This document shows positions 1-17,220 of a DNA stretch of 64,000 bases, piece after piece (the first letter of the stretch is position 1; every line of letters starts with the position of its first letter). This DNA is from the human T2T-CHM13v2.0 reference genome, Homo sapiens: NCBI RefSeq assembly GCF_009914755.1, contig NC_060926.1, one strand, 5' to 3'. Under the pieces are notes generated by a model that saw only the letters and a list, made by a program, of their open reading frames with translations, searched no databases and was not told the DNA's origin. The position numbers were made by a program, and so were the translations under genes.

Positions 1-1549
1 AGGGGCAGGGGGAAGAGAATTTCAAGCAAAAGAAGCAGCAGTGTACAAGGCACCTTACAGTATTAAGGAGATATTAAACCAAGTTAGAAAAAAAAATGTA
101 AAAGAGCATAAAATTACAAAGTAGGTTAAAAGTGGCTGCATCAATTGTCCTTCCTGCCACCCCACAAAAAGATTGATCTCTCTCTAGATATATAAAATTT
201 AAAAATTCATCTTCTGTGTCTGCAAACTATAGTAGAAATTCCTTCTATCCAGAGGACTGCAATAGCAAGTAGGTGACAGCAAACTTTACAAAATATTGAG
301 AGAGCAAAGTGCATAATGAAATTTATCTGCTTTTATAATACTCTTATGAAGAAGGAGGAGTTAGGAAATGTTGCCACTTTGTAATGGAAACACTGAAGAG
401 AGACATTGATCAGAAATTCAATGTGTATTTCTTGCTTTCTATCAATCATTTTGCCCAAGTTGAAATTTTTGTGTGCTCCTTGCAGGAATAATTCCTTAAA
501 AACATAGATACTTATTTTATATTTTCTTAAATATTGGAACAATTAAAAGTGTTTAATAAAGTCTTGTTGAATTAGAATTGAATTTGTTGCCATAAGGCCT
601 TTATACATTCCTGAAGAAAAGGGAATGCTGGGTAATTAAGTACTTAGCACAATAATTGTGAAATTTTGAAGTTTGTAGTATGAAATGGCTTTTTCATTTT
701 TGTGAGTTTTTTTGATATAATGAGGTACTATATTAGGTTTAAAGGCTTGTATTAATTCACTTTGTCATAGAGCAAAATAAGAATTTAAGTGTGTGAATTA
801 ACATGTGTGTGTCTGTGTGTGCATACTTGTGTTAATAGTTATTTCTGAGTGGTAGAATTATGAGTTAATTTTATTTGCTAATCTATATTTTTATTTTTCT
901 TCTGTGACTACACTTTGCTTATACAATAAATAAATAATAAAATAAAAAAGTTAAAAAGCCAACAATAAAGATTAAATATGAGCACAACCATATGTAAAAG
1001 CCAACTTGTCAAACCTTCAATTAAGACTCAGGATTTTTTCCCCTTACATTTACATAAATCAGTTCATGTGTGTATGATATCTACTTGAAAACTTTCCAAT
1101 AGTAAGCAGTTGAAGTAAGTGGCTTTCACATTATTTAACGACACCACAGTTCCTCCTCTAGATTTGGGCCCTAAGTTGACACATCCACTATCTCCAATAA
1201 TTTGCTTACCAAAGTTCTTCGGTCAGCTAAGGTTTATTTCCTCCCCTGAGCTGTCTGTAAGTCACAATCCACATTTGGTGGATGAGATCTATATAGAAAC
1301 TATGTCTTCTTATTGGCTTTTTCCCCCTTAACAAATTGAGTAAAAAGTAGAGTTCATGGTTCTGAATCTCCCAAGCCCTAATAAGTAGCATTTATTAGAC
1401 CACACATTTTTCCAATTTCAACTTGCCTCAAGAATCAGGCTGCATTTGTGATTGATTCAGAGAATAATTATGGAGTTCATAAAGCCCAACCTCAAAGCTA
1501 AAGCAAATAGTAGGTGGTTGAATTATTTTTCTATTAGTATATTGATTTA

Positions 1550-1690
1550 GTGAGATCTGGTTTACGTCTAGCTACTAGCTGTGTGACTACTGACAATTAT
1601 TTTAGCTTCAGAGAGGCTTAAATACAAAATTAGAGGAATGGATAGGGTAAGATCCCAGCATCTCATTTTTACTGCAAAGTTCTATGGTTT
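1550..1690 (+). mobile_element. MIR SINE fragment
   Basis: Degenerate MIR core (ctactagctgtgtgac...aaaattagagg...aaagttctatg). Confidence 0.5.
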
Positions 1691-1739
1691 TTGCTTTTTG
1701 AAAAGTATATTATTAGTGGCCATCTGTTGAGGGTTAACG

Positions 1740-2095
1740 TATTCCATGTCCTTTAATCCCCACAACAATTCTGAGGTAGGTATTATTTCACTTTATGGAT
1801 AAAAAGACTCAGAGGTAAAGTTACATGCTAGTTACCCACAGTAAAAGTGTTAAAAACAAGCCAGCCGTGGTGTGCACACCCATAGTCCCAGCTACTTGAA
1901 GGGAGGCTGAGGCAAGAGGATCGCTTGAGCTTAGGAGTTGGAGGCTGCAGTGAGTCACGATTGTTCCACTGCAGTCTAGCCTGGGCAACAGAGTGAGACC
2001 CTGTCTCAAAAAACAAACAAAAACACCCATAAAACAAAAAAAAGTGTCAAAAACAGAAGTAGAACCCGGTTTTAATGAAATCTAAACCCTACTGC
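1740..2095 (-). mobile_element. MIR SINE fragment, interrupted by an Alu monomer
   Basis: tttaatccccacaacaattctgaggtaggtattatt...actcagagg...; resumes after 2055 with agaacccgg. Confidence 0.6.
1859..2039 (+). mobile_element. Alu right-arm monomer (FRAM/FAM-like or truncated AluJ)
   Basis: Single Alu arm with A-rich tail; TSD aaaagtgtYaaaaaca at 1843-1858 and 2040-2055. Confidence 0.9.
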
Positions 2096-2206
2096 TTCCT
2101 AATGACTAAGGGAAGGATAATGACATGTGAAAAACAACAAGGATCACACCTCAGCTATTCAGTTGTAGTAGAATTAAATTTTGCCTTGTTAAAAAAAAAT
2201 GATCCA

Positions 2207-2505
<299 letters not shown>

Positions 2506-2724
2506 AGATCCAACTGAAGGTTATGTTTCAGAAGAAGAGGGCCTCAAAGAAGCAAAAGAATTACTGGAATGTTAGCAATGCCAAAGGCAGGGAGATCTTG
2601 GGTATACTGTAAATCACAAATTGGAAGAATGCACAATAACTGATCATAAGCCTAGCACTTATCTGAGAAAAGTTTATGTATGTCATTATTCATTAATGGA
2701 ATCATCACATTTGGAACTTACAAG

Positions 2725-3203
2725 ATGAACTCCTAACAATGGCCAACAAGGCTGGATTTGATCTAGTCTCCACCTGTCTCCCTGAACTCCTCTCAGAGTT
2801 CTCTCCACCTTTTTGGTTATATTCTGGCCATTCTGACCTTCTCTCCTAAGGGCCTGACATTGCTGTACTATTTTCTCAGAACACTTTTTCTATATATTCT
2901 TTCATGGCTACTACCTAAGATCACTTCGATTTTAATCCAGATGTTACTTTCTCTGAAAGACCTAATGGAATCATGCTATATTAAGTAACCCCTCCTCTGG
3001 TTATTACTTAGTCTAGCATCTGTTTTTATTATTCTCATGGACTTTATAATTTTTGAATTTTTATTTGTTTTCTAATACATTTAGGAAGTGAGCTTTATCA
3101 GATCAGGGACTCATCTTTCTTGTTCTCCAATGACTCTCCAGCTCCCAACTCACAGTAAGCTGAAAACATTTTTTTAATGGAATGGATGAATAAATGAATG
3201 AAA
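2725..3203 (+). mobile_element. L2 LINE 3' fragment
   Basis: Pyrimidine-rich L2 body ending in the typical aatggatgaataaatgaatgaa tail. Confidence 0.7.
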
Positions 3204-3760
3204 GAATGTTACGGGTTTTGGTGTTGGCAGATATACTTAAATGATTCAAGACAGTTTGGAGCCCCAAAATCTGAGCAAGAGAAAGAATTTGAATATTTGA
3301 ATAGTTAGAAGAGAGAATGAGGATGAACAAAATTGACTATTAGAACCCATTCTGAAAAGTTAATGGCTTTGGCAGTACTTAGTTGAAGGAAGAAAAAGGT
3401 GGCTTAAAAGCAATTTTAATTAATAAAATGTTGCTATTAAGAGAATAGTCGTCAGCTGTTCTTTATATGAAACTAACAGGGATGAGTGAAATAATTTTCG
3501 GTTAAAAATAAATAACTTTCTAACTGGGGATTATGAGGTACTCCAAAAATATTTTAAAATGTAAACTGTTTCCTTTTAAGAATAAATGGGTGTTTAAGTG
3601 CAAACTTGATAAAGGACTGGGACTGGATAATAAAGATGATTTTTTAAAATGTTTACACTCCTTTCGTCACTAAGTTTTTAACTAGTATTGTTTCTTTAAC
3701 AGTTAATAAATCCAATACTTGTGTAAGTGAAGACTGGTATTTTTCTTCTTTTGCTCTCAG

Positions 3761-3840
3761 AGTTACCTTGTTAGAGGTCATGATATATCCAGGGCCAAGC
3801 TGGAACCAGTGCTCCGGAATCTTGTTTTATGAAGCAGATA
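3761..3840 (+). other. Candidate internal exon (80 nt) of an unidentified, possibly non-coding, + strand transcript
   Basis: Acceptor ttttcttcttttgctctcag (3741-3760) and donor gtaagt at 3841, in unique sequence. One frame is open (VTLLEVMIYPGPSWNQCSGILFYEAD) but the peptide is not recognised. Confidence 0.4.
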
Positions 3841-4344
3841 GTAAGTCATGTAGAAATTGAGTCAGCGTGATTCTTTACATGGTTAACATGCTGCTTCCCC
3901 TGGAGGTGGGGGTGTAGGATTTCTCAAGGAAGGACATTTATAGTGATTAAAATTGCTCAGAGATTGCTTCACTGGGTAATTCTGATGCTGTAGTATGTGA
4001 TTCTGGCAAGAGAGAGGGAGTATGAAAGGGACAGAAAATCCCAGACCATGGCAAGAAAGGGCACACGATGCAGAGACTACCTCAAGAAAAGGGGCTGTGG
4101 CAGTAAGAAAACAGTAACCGAATGGTCAGACTATTGATCAGAAATCCTTCTTGGTTGCCTCCTGAGAAGGAATTGAGAGCATAAATGTCCAAGGGCAATG
4201 ACTGCCCATTAACTCACCATCATCCTACAATATTTAGCATAGTTCCAAGAACAAACTGGCAAAAGAGATTTTGGCAGCTGATATTTTTCTGGGAAATTAA
4301 GTGGAAAGCACCCTCCAGGACAAAAAGGCCAAGAATAAATACTA

Positions 4345-5150
<806 letters not shown>

Positions 5151-6774
5151 TTTGATAGGGAGAAGAAATAATACTGCCTTCCAAAGTAAAATGAATGACA
5201 TTGGGTGGGATAAAAAAAACAGAGGGACCCTGTGTCAAGCCTGTCTTAGGGTCTTCAGACAGCATGAGTCTCGCTGTCTCCATTTTGAAGATGGGCAACA
5301 ACTGCAGGGATAAGAATAGCCCATGGCTGACAGTGCATTTGCTTCTACTTGTCCTGGTCAAGGTTTTCTAATTCGGGCCCAAGAGAGTATTCATGTCTCC
5401 AGGAGGCCACCCTATGGCACGTTAGGCATTCTTGAGAGACTGGCGGCCTCAGTCCTTGTGTTTGGAGCAGTTCTGCTAGAGGAGGAAACAGCACAAAGGG
5501 CACTCTTATGCTGCTGTAAACCAGTGCCAGGATTTTTAAAATGTGAGACACCTGTTACCCTGTAAGTATTAATTTCAACTTGAGGTCTCTAGCTTTTTAA
5601 TTTGCTGGATACATTCTTTTATATGAAATGTGATGGGCATTTCTGACGTGGAAGAAATTGGGACCAGTAAAGCCGGGAAGAAAGCAAAATGGGGTAGCAG
5701 GGGCCCTTTTCTCAGCTTCTAATGAAATATTTGTAGTCAAGACCAAGCACACATATTGATTCTCATCAAGTGTGAAATCGTTGGCGGCCCTGGAGGTGAG
5801 CCCCACGGGACCATTTGTACCGCACTCTTTCAAATGAACAGATTAAATCTCTCGTAAGATGCTGTTTTTGACACACTCGTACTGCATATATTAAAATCCT
5901 CCCTGGTGCCCTTTTGGCGGTTAGGATTCAGGTAGTTCCAGTGCATCACAGCCTGTGTACCAGCTGGAAAGGATATTTTTTTTTTCTTCCCTGGAATGTG
6001 TAAAGGAAGAATTATATTGCTGTTTGTTGAAAGAGACTATATGTCTCGCAAGTCCCACTTCAATAATCTTCTAGAAGCAAGAATGAATTTGGGATTGGAA
6101 AGGGCATTACAACATGGCTAAATAAATAGCAAGGGGTCTCTCAACACCTGGTTAGCCTGCAATGTTACAATATGACTTCTAGGTCTTACATTTCAGTCTC
6201 TTTCTTCAGCAAACAGAGTCTGAAAGGTCTTACACAAAGACAGAATTTTAAGTCTGAACACTCAAGAAATGTGGTCTTCACACTCTAAAGCTGTCACTAA
6301 TTCCTTGAGAAGCACCAGAAACTTTCTGACTAAACCTTTTTATGTCTTCAATAATGGTTAAATCCAATATACCTTAGGGTTTCCCTCAGATTTAGTCTTC
6401 ATATTCTTTAGCTTTTGCTAAAGAATTTTAGCAAAATTTCTTATTTTGCATTTCTCTAGCTTCATGACTGGGCTGTCATCATAGGTATATAAGACCATGT
6501 ACAGGGCTGTGCATTAATATTGCAAGTCTGGAAATTCCAGATATCTTGGCAAAGGGAGAAACAACTTGTGGTTGGAGCTTGGAGGATGAGGAACCAACAA
6601 GTTCTGAGTCCTCATGTCTTATGCTTAGGCTGATTCCATTTCTTCCCTCAAATTGTAAATATTTATTTAGGTGTAAAGGAGAGGGCCTATCTAAAGCAGA
6701 CTGGTGTGTGAGTAGAGTTATTTTCATAGTGTGTCCTCTCCCAGTGATTTATGTTTCCTAGAATATTGATGAAA

Positions 6775-7150
6775 AATGGATGAGCTCCCGCAACATCTCC
6801 TGCCACTCTCCCCCTCACATATTGGACTACAGACATTCTGGCCTTCTTCAGTTCATTCTTTAGTATGATATGCTGTTCTTTCTTCCTGAATTGTTCTTCT
6901 AATCTTTCTTTGAATGAATGTTTTTATTCCCTTTCAAGTCTTACCTTAGAAGTAAGTCCTCTCTTCAGAAGGGTCTTACTTATCACCCTATCTAAAGTAG
7001 GTTCCACTCCTCTCATCCCATATTGCAATACTTCATTTGGTGGACTCATAGCTTATAATAATTGAATCATTTATTGATTATTGTCCTCACTTAGACTATA
7101 AATTCCATGAGACAGTGCTCATGGTTATATTGTTTACTGAATTGATTCTA
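6775..7150 (+). mobile_element. L2 LINE 3' fragment lacking its terminal tail (probable continuation at ~52167)
   Basis: L2 motifs (cacttagactataaattccatgagacag...tgtttactg) stop abruptly at 7150. Confidence 0.7.
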
Positions 7151-8129
7151 CCTAAGTGTCTATCAACAGAGAAATGGATGTTTGGATAGTGCTATTGTCC
7201 TATTGCCATTGTGACAAGGGCTCAGATAAACATGCAAGTGCACATATTCATGTACTGATTTCTTTTTCCTTTGGATAAATACTCAGAAGTAGGATTGCTG
7301 GATTGTATGGTAGTTCTATTTTTTGGTTTTTAAAGAAATCGTCATACTATTTTTCATAGTGGTTGTACTAATTTACCTTCCCATCAACAGTGTTTAAGAG
7401 TTTCCTTTTCTCTGCATTCTCACCAGAATCTGATATTTTTCATCTTTTTAATGACAGCCATTCTAACTGGAGTAAGATGATATCTCATTGTGGTTTCCAT
7501 TTGCATTTCTCTGATGCATAGTGATGTTGGGTATTTTTTCATATACCATTTGTATATGGCCATTTGTGTGCCTTACTTTCAGAAATATCTGTTCATATCC
7601 TTTGCCCACTTTTTAATATGATTATTTGTGGGGTTTTTTTTGGTTGTTGAATTGTTTGAGTTCCTTGATATTCTGGATATTAATGCCTTGTTGGATGAAT
7701 AGCTTACAAATATTTTCTCCCATTTTACAGGTTGTCTTTTCACTCTCTTGGTTGTTTCTTTTGATATGCAGAAGCTTTTTGGTTTAATATGCTACCATTT
7801 GTCTATTTTAGTTTTTGTTGCCTGTGATTTTGAGGTCTTAGGTGTAAGATCTTTGCCCGGACCAATGTACTGAAGAGTTTTCCCTCTGTTTTCTTCTAGT
7901 AGTTTTATAGTTTTAAGTGTTTAAGTCTATAATGTACCTTGAATTAATATGTGATGTAGTGAAGATAGGGGCTTAGATAGAAGATACCTATATTCTTCTG
8001 CATGTAGATATCCAAATTTCCCATCACCATTAATTGAAGATACTGTCATTTCCCCAATGGATGTTCTTGGCACATTTGTCAAAAATCAGTAGGCTGTAAA
8101 TACATGGATTTATTTCTGGATTCTCTATT

Positions 8130-8427
8130 TTTTTTTTTCTTTCCTGAGAGAGAGTCTTGCTCTGTTGCCCAGGCTGGAGTACAGAGGCAAATCTCAGCTC
8201 ACTGCAACCTTCGTCTCATAGGTTTAAGCGATTCTCCTGCCTCTCCCTCCTGAGTAGCTGGGATTACAGGTGCATACCACCATGCCTGGCTAATTTTTTG
8301 TATTTTTAGTAGAGACGGGTTTTTGCCACGTTGGCCAGACTGAGCTCAAACTCCTGGCCTTAAGTGATCTGCCTGCCTCGGGTTCCCAAAGTTCTGGGAT
8401 TACAGGCATGAGCCATCGCACCTGGCC
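8130..8427 (-). mobile_element. Alu (Sx/Sz or Jb-like) within L1 A
   Basis: TSD tggattctcYatt at 8117-8129 and 8428-8440. Confidence 0.95.
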
Positions 8428-11400
8428 TGGATTCTCCATTCTATTCCATTAGTCTATGTAACTGTTTTTATACTAATACTATGCTGTTTTAGTTAAAGTC
8501 TTGTAATATATATTAAAATCAGGTAAGGTGATGCCCCTAGCTTTGTTCTTTTTGTTCATGTTGCTTTGGTTTTTGGGCTCTTACTTGGCCCCATGAAAAT
8601 TTTAGGATTGTTTTTTCTAATTCTGTGAAAAATGACATTGGTATTTTGATAGGGATTCCATTGAAACTGTTGATTGCTTTGGGCAGCATGGCCATTTTAA
8701 CAATATTAATTCTTCTGATCCATGAGCATGAAATGTATTTCCATTTTTTTGTGTTCTCTTCAATTTATTTCACCAGTACTTTATAGTTTTCCTTGTACAG
8801 GTCTTTTATCTTAGTTAAATTTATTCCTAGGTATTTCATTATCTTCTTGTAGCTATTATAAGTGGTATTGCATTCTTAATTTCTTTCTCAGCTACTTCAT
8901 TATTGTGTATACAAATGCTACTGATTTTTGAAATTGATTTTGTATCCTGAAACTTTATTGAATTTATGAGGTCTAAAACGTTTTTGGTGAAGTCTTTAGG
9001 TTTTCCTAGACATAAAATTATATTATTGGTAAAGAGAGAATTTCACTTCCTCGTTTCCAATTTGGGTGCCTTTTATTTCTTTCTCTTGCCTGATTGTTCT
9101 GACGAGGATTTCTAGTACTATGTTGAATAGGAGTGGTGAAAGTGGGCATTCTTGTTTTATTATAGTTCTTAGAGGGAAGGCTTTCACCTTTTCTTCATTT
9201 AGTATGATCTTAGCTGTGGGTTTGTCATATGTGCCTTCCATTATGTTGAGGTACATCTTTTCTATGCCTATTTTGTTGAGGTTTTTATCATGAAGGGATG
9301 TTGAAATTTATCAAATACTTTCTCTGCATTCATTGAAATAATTGTATGGTTTTTATTCTTCATTCTGTTGATGTGAGGTGTCACACTGATTGATTTGCAT
9401 ATGTTGAGCAACCCATGAATCACTGGGATAAATACCTGGGATCATGGTGTATTATTTTTTTGATGTGCTGTTGGATTTGCCTTGCTAGTATTTTGTTGAG
9501 GATTTTTGCATTGTGCATCTATGTTCATCAGGGCTATTAGCCTACAGTTTTTTTTAGTGGTTGTTTTACATTCTTATCTGATTTTAGCCTGAGGGTAATT
9601 CTGGCCTTGTAGAATGAATTAGAAAGAATTGTTTCCTCTCCAATGTTTGAAATAGTTTGAGGAGAATTGGTGTTAGTTTTTCTTTGAATTCGGTAGAATT
9701 CAGCAGTGAAGCCATCTGGTCCTGGACTTTTCTTTGTTAGAGAAATTTTTTTTACTGCTTTGATCTCATTACTTGTTGTTGGTCTATTTGGGTTTTCTAA
9801 TTTTTTTTATTCAGTCTTGGTAGACTGTATGTGTCTAGGAATTTATCCATTTCTTTTAGGTTTTCCAGTTTGTTTATCTATAGTTGTTCAAATAGTCTCT
9901 GACCTATTTTATTTCTGTGGTACCAGGTGTAATATCTTTCTCATTTCTGTTTTCTTTGTTTGTCTTTTCACTTTTTTCCTTGGTTAGTATAGCAAGTAGT
10001 TAATTTTTTATTTGTTTGAAAAAAACAACTTTTTGTTCCATTTATCCTTTGTTTTTTTCTGTATCTTATTTCTTTCTTCTCTGATCTTTATTTTTGTTTC
10101 TTCTAATTTTGGTTTGGTTTGGTCTTGTTTTTCTAGTTGCCTGAGGTGCATCATTAGATTGTTTATTTTAAATCTTACTATTTTTTGATGTAGGTATTTA
10201 TGGCTCCAAGCTTTCCTCATAGCACTGCTTTTGCTGTATCTCATAGGTTTTGGTATTTTGTATTTTGATTTCATTCATTTTATTTTTTATTTCCTCCATT
10301 TCTTTTTTGACCCAATAATGGTCATTCAGGAGCATATTGTTATTGTTTGCTTTCCATGTATTTGCACAATTTCCAAAGTTTCTCTTACCATTTTTAAAAA
10401 TTTTAGATCCATGGGGTAAATGTGCAGGTTTATTACATGGCATAATGATGAGGTTTGTGTTTCTATTGATCTTGTTACCCGAATAGTAAATATAGTACCC
10501 AATAGAGAGTTTTTCAACCTTCCATCACCCCAACTTCCCTTTGGAGTCCTCATTGTATTATTTCTATCTTTATATCTGTGTGTATCCAATGTTCAGTTCC
10601 CACTTATAAGTGAGAACATGATATTTGTTTTTTTGTTTCTGCATTAATTTGCTAAGGATAATGGCCTCCAGTTGCCTTCATGTTGCCGCAAAGGAAATTT
10701 CATTCTTTTTTATAACTATGTAGTATATTCCATGGTGTGTATGTACATTTTCTTTATCCAATCCACCACTGATGGGCCCCTACATTGATTTCATGTCTTT
10801 GCTATTGTGAATATTACTGTGATAAATATGAGTGCAGGTATTTTTTTAAGCAGAATGATTTATTTTTCTTTGAGTATATAGCCAGTATTGAGACTGCTGA
10901 GTCAAATGTAATTGTATTTTTAGTTCTTTGAAAGTCTCCAAACTCCTTTCCACAGGGGCCATTTGCGATAGAAGTGCTACTGATTTTTATACATTGATTT
11001 TGTATCCTGAAACTTTACTGAAGTTGTTTATTAGGTCTGGGAGTCTTTTGGCAGGATCTTTTGTTTTTTTTTTTTTTAGATATAGGATTATATCATCAGT
11101 GAAGAGAGGTAATCTGACTTCTTCTCTTTCTATTTGGGTGCCATTTATTTCTTTATCTTGCCTGATTGCTCTGGCTAGGACTTCCAGTACTATGTTGAAT
11201 AGGAGAGGTGAGAGTAGACATCCTTGTCTTGTTTCAGTTCTTAGGGGGAATGCCTCCAACTTTGTCCATTCAGTACGATATTGGCTGTGGGTCTGTCATA
11301 GATGGCTCTTATTATTTTGAGACATGTTCCTATAATGCCTAGTTTTTTGAGAGTTTTTATCATGAAGGGACATTACATCTTATCAAAAGTTGTTTCTGCA

Positions 11401-11443
11401 TTTATTCAGATGGTTTTTAATTATTTATGTGGTGAATCACATT

Positions 11444-11889
11444 AAAATTTTTTTATAATTTCAACTTTTATTTTAGTTTCAGGGGGTACATGTGCAGGTT
11501 GTTACAAGGGTATATTGCATGATGATGAGGTTTGGTTTACAAATGATCCCATCGCCCAGATAGTGAACACAATACCCAACAGTTAGTTTTTCAACCCTTG
11601 CCCTCTTCCTCACTCCCTGCAGTAGTCCCCAGTATCTATCGTTCCCATATTTATGTCCAGAGTACCCGGTGTTTGGCTCTCACTTATAAATGAGAATATG
11701 CAGTATTGGTTTTCTTTTCCTGCATTAATTTGCTTAGGATAATGGCCTTCATGTTGCTGCAAAGGACATGATTTTGTTCTTTTTTATGACTGCCTAGTAT
11801 TCTATGGTGTATATATATCACATTTTCATTATACAATTGACCATTTATGGGAAACTAGGTTGATTCCATATCTTTGCTATGGTGAGTAG
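11444..11889 (-). mobile_element. 5'-truncated L1 'C' (L1PA15/16-like 3' end) inside B
   Basis: TSD gaatcaYatt at 11434-11443 and 11890-11899. Confidence 0.9.
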
Positions 11890-13405
11890 GAATCATATTT
11901 ATTGATTTGCATATGTTGAACCATTCTTGCCTCTCCAAAATAAAGCCCACTTGATCACAGTGAATTAACTTTTTAATGTACAGCTGAATTCAGTTTACTA
12001 GTATTTTGTTTAGAATTTTTGAATCTATGTTCTTCAGGAGTATAGGCCTATGGTTTTGTTTTGCATTGTGTCTTTGCCAGATTTTTTATCAGGATGATAC
12101 TGGTTTCATAGAATAACTTCGAGAAGAATCCCTCCTCAAGTTTTGGGAATAGTTTCAGTAGGATTGGTACTGTTTCCTCTTTGCATGTCCTGTAGAATTT
12201 AGCTGTGAATCCATCTGATCAGGGGCTTTTCTTGATTGGTAGGTTTTTGAAACTACTTGTTCAACTTTGGAACTTATTGTTGGTATGTTCACGGTTTCCA
12301 TTTCTTACTAATTAAATCTTGGGAGATTATGTGTTTCCCAGTATTGATCTATTTCTTCTAGATTTTCTAATTTGTATATTATAGGGGTTCATAATAGTCT
12401 CTGAAGATCTCTTGTATTTCTTTGGGATTGGTTGTAATACCACCTTTGTCATTCCTGATTGTGCTTATTTAGATCTTTTCTCTCTCTTTTTTTCTTTATT
12501 AATCTAGCTAGTGGTCCATGAATTTGTTGATCTTTTCACCATATTTTCATTTCATTGACCCTTTTTGTGTGTGTGTGTTTTTTGTTCTCAATTTTATTAA
12601 GTTCTGCAATGATTGTAATTATTTCCTTTCTTCTGCCAGCTTTGGGTTGTGATTGTCTTTGATTTTCTAGTTCCTCTGGGTGTGATATTAGATTTTTAAC
12701 TTGAGATTTTTCTATATTCTTGATGTAGGTGTTTAGTGCTATAAATATTCCTCTTAACACTGCTTTTGCTGCATCCAGAGGTTTTGGTATGTTGTGTCTT
12801 TATTTTCATTTGTTTAAATGAATTTTTAAATTTCTGCCTTAATTTCATCATTTACCAAAATGTTATTTGAAGCAAGTTTTTTAGTTTCCATATATTTGTG
12901 CAGTTTTGAGAGTTCCACTTGGTACTGATTTCTGGTTTATTCCACTGTAGTCCAAGAAGATGCTTGATATGATTTCAATTTTGTTGGGTTTACTTTACAA
13001 CTTAGGATGTGGTCAATCTTAGTTTATGTTCCATGTGCAGATTAGAAGAATGTATGTTCTGTGGTTGTTGGATGGAGTATTTTATAGACGTCTATTAACT
13101 CTCATTCATCAAGGGTTAAATTTAAGTTCAGAATTTCATTGTTTTCTGCATCAATGATCTGTCTAATGCTATCAGTGAAGTATTAAAATCTCCCACTATT
13201 ATCATGTGGCTATCTAAGCCTTTTCTTAGGTCTAGAAGTAATTGTTTTATAGCTCTGGTGCTCCAGTTGAGTACATATATATTTAGGATAGTTAAATCTT
13301 CTTGTTGAGTTGAATACTTTATCACTACACAATGCCCTTCTTTGTCCTTTTTTACTGTTGTTGGCTTAAAGTCTGTTTTATCTGACATAAGAATAGTGAC
13401 TCCTA

Positions 13406-16188
<2,783 letters not shown>

Positions 16189-16868
16189 TTCTATTATTTT
16201 TGTTTTTCATTTACGTGATAGAACTTTCTTCATCCCTTTATTTTGAGCTTATCAGTGTCACTACATGTGAGATGGGTCTCTTGAAGAGAGCAGAAGGATG
16301 GGTGATTTTTAAATCCAATTTGCCACTCTGTCTTTTAAATGGAGTGTTTAGGCCATTTACATTTAAGCTTAATATTGATATGTGAGGTTTTGCTCCTATC
16401 ATAGTGTTGTTAGCTAGTTGCTTTGTAGTCTCAATTTTATAGTTGCTTTATAGCATCTGTGGGCTATGTGTTTACATCTGCTTTTCTGGTAGTGAATATC
16501 ATTCTTTCGCTTCCATGTTTAAAACTCCCTTAAGCATCTATTATAGGACTCATCTGGTGGTAAAAATTTCTGGTAGCAATTGCTTGTGTGGAAAGACTCT
16601 AGTTCTCCTTCATTTATGAAGCTTACATTGGGTTAGCTGGTATTTCTTTTCATTAAGAATGTTAAAAATGAGCCCCCATCCTCTTCTGAATTGTAAGGTT
16701 TCTCCTGAGAAACCCATCTCTTAGTCTGATGGGTTTTCTTTATAGGTAATAGGTCCCTTTCTTTTACTGCTTTTAAGATTTTTTTCTCTCCTGTTGACCT
16801 TGGATAGTCTGATGACTAAGTGCCTTCAGGATGGTCATCATCTGGAGTGTTTCACTGGAGTTCCTTGG

Positions 16869-17220
16869 TGATATGGTTTGGCTGTGACCCCATCCAAATC
16901 TCAACTTGAATTGTATCTCCCAGAATTCCCACATGTTGTGAGAGGGACCCAGCGGGGAGGTAATTGAATAATGGGGGCCAGTCTTTCCCATGCTATTCTC
17001 ATGACAGTGAATAAGTCTCATGAGATCTGATGGATCTCATGGGGGTTTCTGCTTTTGCTTCTTCATTTTTCTCTTGCTGCTGCCATGTAAGACGTACATT
17101 TTGCCTCCCGCCATGATTCTGAGGCCTCCCCAGCCACGTGGAACTGTAGGTCCAATTAAACCTTTTTTGTTCCCAGTTTTGGATATGTCTTTATCAGCAG
17201 CATGAAAATAAGCTAATACA
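16869..17220 (+). mobile_element. THE1A solo LTR (ERVL-MaLR)
   Basis: tgatatggtttggctg...ctaataca, 352 bp; 5-bp TSD cttgg at 16864-16868 and 17221-17225. Confidence 0.92.

Noticed and set aside
3330-3620. Possible CR1/L3 relic
   Set aside because: Only faint motif resemblance; not supportable without an HMM search.
5903-5922. CTCF-like motif (rc CCGCCAAAAGGGCAC)
   Set aside because: Spacing is one base too long and the core AG is missing; it cannot be supported without a PWM scan.
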